Shown: in pieces, positions 61,737 through 64,000 of the stretch
Layout: every line of letters starts with the position of its first letter
How positions within the stretch are numbered: position 1 is the first letter of the stretch
DNA from: Amphiscolops sp. MND2022
Lineage: Eukaryota
DNA: 64,000 nt
Direction of reading: 5' to 3'
Assembly (NCBI GenBank): GCA_964187785.1
Contig: OZ076409.1
Location: 32,302,001 to 32,366,000, forward strand
Notes under the pieces: generated by a model
The model's database searches: none
The model's input: only the letters and a program-made list of their open reading frames with translations
Told to the model about the DNA's origin: nothing
Made by a program: the position numbers and the translations under genes

Positions 61737-63040
61737 TCAACTTGCATCAATTGTAATGTGACTGAACCGTTCACCAATCAAAAACAACTGAACTGCTTCG
61801 GTCAAAGCTGTGGCAAAAGTCAACTTTAGGGTTAGGCCAGCGCCAGTCAGTTCGGGAAACAATGTCAAGCTTCTACTCGCTTCTCTAGTGGAAGTTAGGT
61901 CAAACACCACAAAGAAGTCGTTGTCTTCGTATTCTGCCAGGGTAATTCCGTTGCCACTCCCCTCAAATCCCAAGGCTATTATGACATTGTAGTAGAGTCT
62001 GGAACTGTTGGTAGTGTGTTGGAGAACCGGCGATTTGTGAGCCATTTCCACGCTGCAATTCTACCCTTTGCAAGTTGAACTTTTCGTATCGAAAAGGAGT
62101 TGAGGCTAAGGTAGTGCCCCTAAAGTAGCGATTTCGAACCATGGATAGTGTCAATCGGCGAATTGGTTAGGTTCCAGAAATGTTTTCCTTGACAAAGCAA
62201 TTCTGACCGACCTGAATAATGAAGCTTTTGCTCAAATTTTCAATGTAAGGATAGACTGCTTTGCTTTTGGTCGAAGCCCGCTAACTTTAATAGCGTCCGA
62301 CAAAATTTTATTGACAAACAACGAAGCTTTCTCTATAACAACTATCGGAGGGTTCTGACCTAAAGTCTTTGCATCCACTGTGTTCAATGTTGTTAGAGTT
62401 CCCATTGCGCAGTGGTTTGCTGATCCATAAAATCGCAAGTGTAGCGTAACGCCAGGCAACAGTAGTCGTTCACATTCCAAACAGTCAATGTGCAATTGAC
62501 ACGAGCACTGGCCTTCTTTGACAAAACTTGCCACAATCTGTTTTAATCGCGGCGTTTTTGGTTTTGTCCCCACGGTAACGGTAGCCCTGACAGTGTGCAC
62601 GAGTGTCTTTGCTGGTGGTGTCGGTTGACAATTCAGTTCCCACAAAAGCCGAATGATGTTTGTTGTTGCTGCTCGGAATTGAATTTTCATTGAGAAAGTG
62701 TTCTACGTGAGAAAAAACAGTGTAGAGTATTGTTGGCAAAGATTATATTTTCTGAACCGTCAGCTGCATCTTTGGCATCCGGCTTGTAGAGTGTCACTTC
62801 GAGCGCAAGGCAAATCCTTATCAAGTCAATGCAATTTTTGCTGTCAGCCGTAACAATAAAGTCTAGTTGAGGTCCGCGACAGCCAACGTGTGGGGCAACC
62901 TCTTGATCAAACGAACCCTCATAGTTGCTGAGCACAGATGGTCGTTCGAAAAAATCCAATGCACTGTGAATCACTGGATTTGCAATCTCACTGCACTTGC
63001 CAGCAAACGTAATAGAGCTTGATGGCACTGGCGCCGCCAT
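61737..63040 (-). pseudogene. Major capsid protein (double jelly-roll), frameshifted
   Basis: SALDFFERP..., IDL, NNTLH.FFSHVE, and C-terminal FDLT...LTLKLTFATAL...ERFSHITID. Confidence 0.88.
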
Positions 63041-63129
63041 TGTAATGGTGGTAGTGGTGGTATTCCCGGTTTCAGAAAAGCAAATTAATCTGTAAAGTCA
63101 ACGCTAGACAAAATGTCGGACCGATTTCT

Positions 63130-63575
63130 TTTAGCAACGTTTTTGTTGGGAATGGTGCCGCCTTTTCTTTTTGCCACAAACTTTGTCGCTGTCACTGTAC
63201 GACATCCAGGACCGATCGCCCGGCCGCCCGCACGCCGCGTTTCACCGCCCGACCGATGGCGGGGCCGGCCGTCCAATGGTTGCTTTTGTAGTTTTGCTTG
63301 CAGATTTTTTCAAAGATTCTTGCAGTGCTTTGCGCGGCCTCGTCTTCCCCGCTACAGTTTTAAGAATTTCTGGTACGAAGGAGGCCATCAGGTTCCTACC
63401 AAACTCTTCTGCCACTGGTACAAAACACTTTTTGATCAGAGGCACAGCCACCCGGCCCATTCTCATGGCAAATGCACCCACACCGCCCGATCCGTACTGC
63501 CGTGCTTGTCCCCGAAACAAGTTTGCATTGGCGGAGGGTTTTTAATTGCATCTGGTTATCATAGTGTTGGTCCAT
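63130..63575 (-). pseudogene. Small basic conserved Maverick protein (core-protein-like)
   Basis: MDQHYDNQ.../FRGQARQYGSGGVGAFAMRMGRVAVPLIKK, located between the minor capsid and MCP. Confidence 0.65.
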
Positions 63576-63674
63576 TGTCCGTCCCGCATCCAAATTCAAC
63601 TGTTTTCTTGAAGAATGTAAGTGGAAAATGAATTGAAATTGATTTGACGCTTCAAGAAAATGAAATCTTTTTAT

Positions 63675-64000
63675 TCAATTACCACCCTGTTTGAATTGTA
63701 AAGTCAAGTTTGTCCGACCACGGCTGAAGAAGGGAATCAAGTCACCAGTTTGGCTTCTCAACGAAATTGTAATAGATTGAATGGAGCATTTGATGAGTCG
63801 ACGCCACTGTAGCTTTGTACAGTTTTGATGATTGCCTTTGACCGAAGAGGATAGTGGTATAGCGCGCAACAGTGCAGTCTGAGTGTCTCCCAAGATTTCG
63901 TTTTGAACCAAATCACAGTAGAGAAACATAGTGTGGCAGCCAGCAGTCAAATCAACGGGATACTTTCCTCTTCTGCTGGTGATATTATCACCATCGTTCA
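63675..64000 (-). pseudogene. Minor capsid (penton) C-terminus
   Basis: MFLYCDLV..EILGD...LLRAIP...ITISLRSQTGDLIPF..G.TNLTLQF. Confidence 0.85.

Larger units (their letters stand above)
56005..64000 (+). mobile_element. Maverick/Polinton (adintovirus-like), decayed, continuing past the right edge
   Basis: AGTAGT terminus, pPolB on +, and convergent protease, MCP, small basic protein and minor capsid on -. Confidence 0.95.

Overview
AT-rich eukaryotic (probably animal) genomic DNA made mostly of decayed and nested transposable elements around one apparently intact host gene. No prokaryotic features or CRISPR arrays were seen. (1) 1-21358: three fused copies of one very large Ty3/Gypsy LTR retrotransposon. 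The main copy (4580-21358; about 18.4 kb before a 1,675-bp deletion) has ~718-bp TGTAACG...CGTTACA LTRs, a tRNA-Arg-like PBS and a broken but originally continuous Gag-Pol. It also carries unusual extras: a catalytically dead protease-like domain in front of the real protease, a dUTPase-like segment, a TARG1/OARD1 (Poa1p)-type macrodomain after integrase, and a ~3.3-4 kb extra ORF in the env position containing an SGNH-hydrolase-like fold. This cargo is the best candidate for an undescribed system. (2) 21865-25600: a three-level nest (CRE-type LINE, then an I-group APE LINE, then a MITE) with readable target-site duplications. (3) 28490-32200: a Maverick/Polinton remnant (terminus, packaging ATPase). 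(4) 32250-40200: a tandem MULE/hAT chimera, a Tc1-type MITE and a ~170-bp repeat. (5) 43303-45093: an intron-containing thymidine kinase pseudogene split by a CR1/L2-type LINE. (6) 47493-54879: a six-exon, phase-consistent host gene for a ~1,040-aa low-complexity AT-hook protein, with two perfect intronic palindromes. (7) 56005-64000: a decayed Maverick/Polinton (pPolB, protease, major and minor capsid) running off the window. All domain calls come from motif recognition by eye, not database searches.
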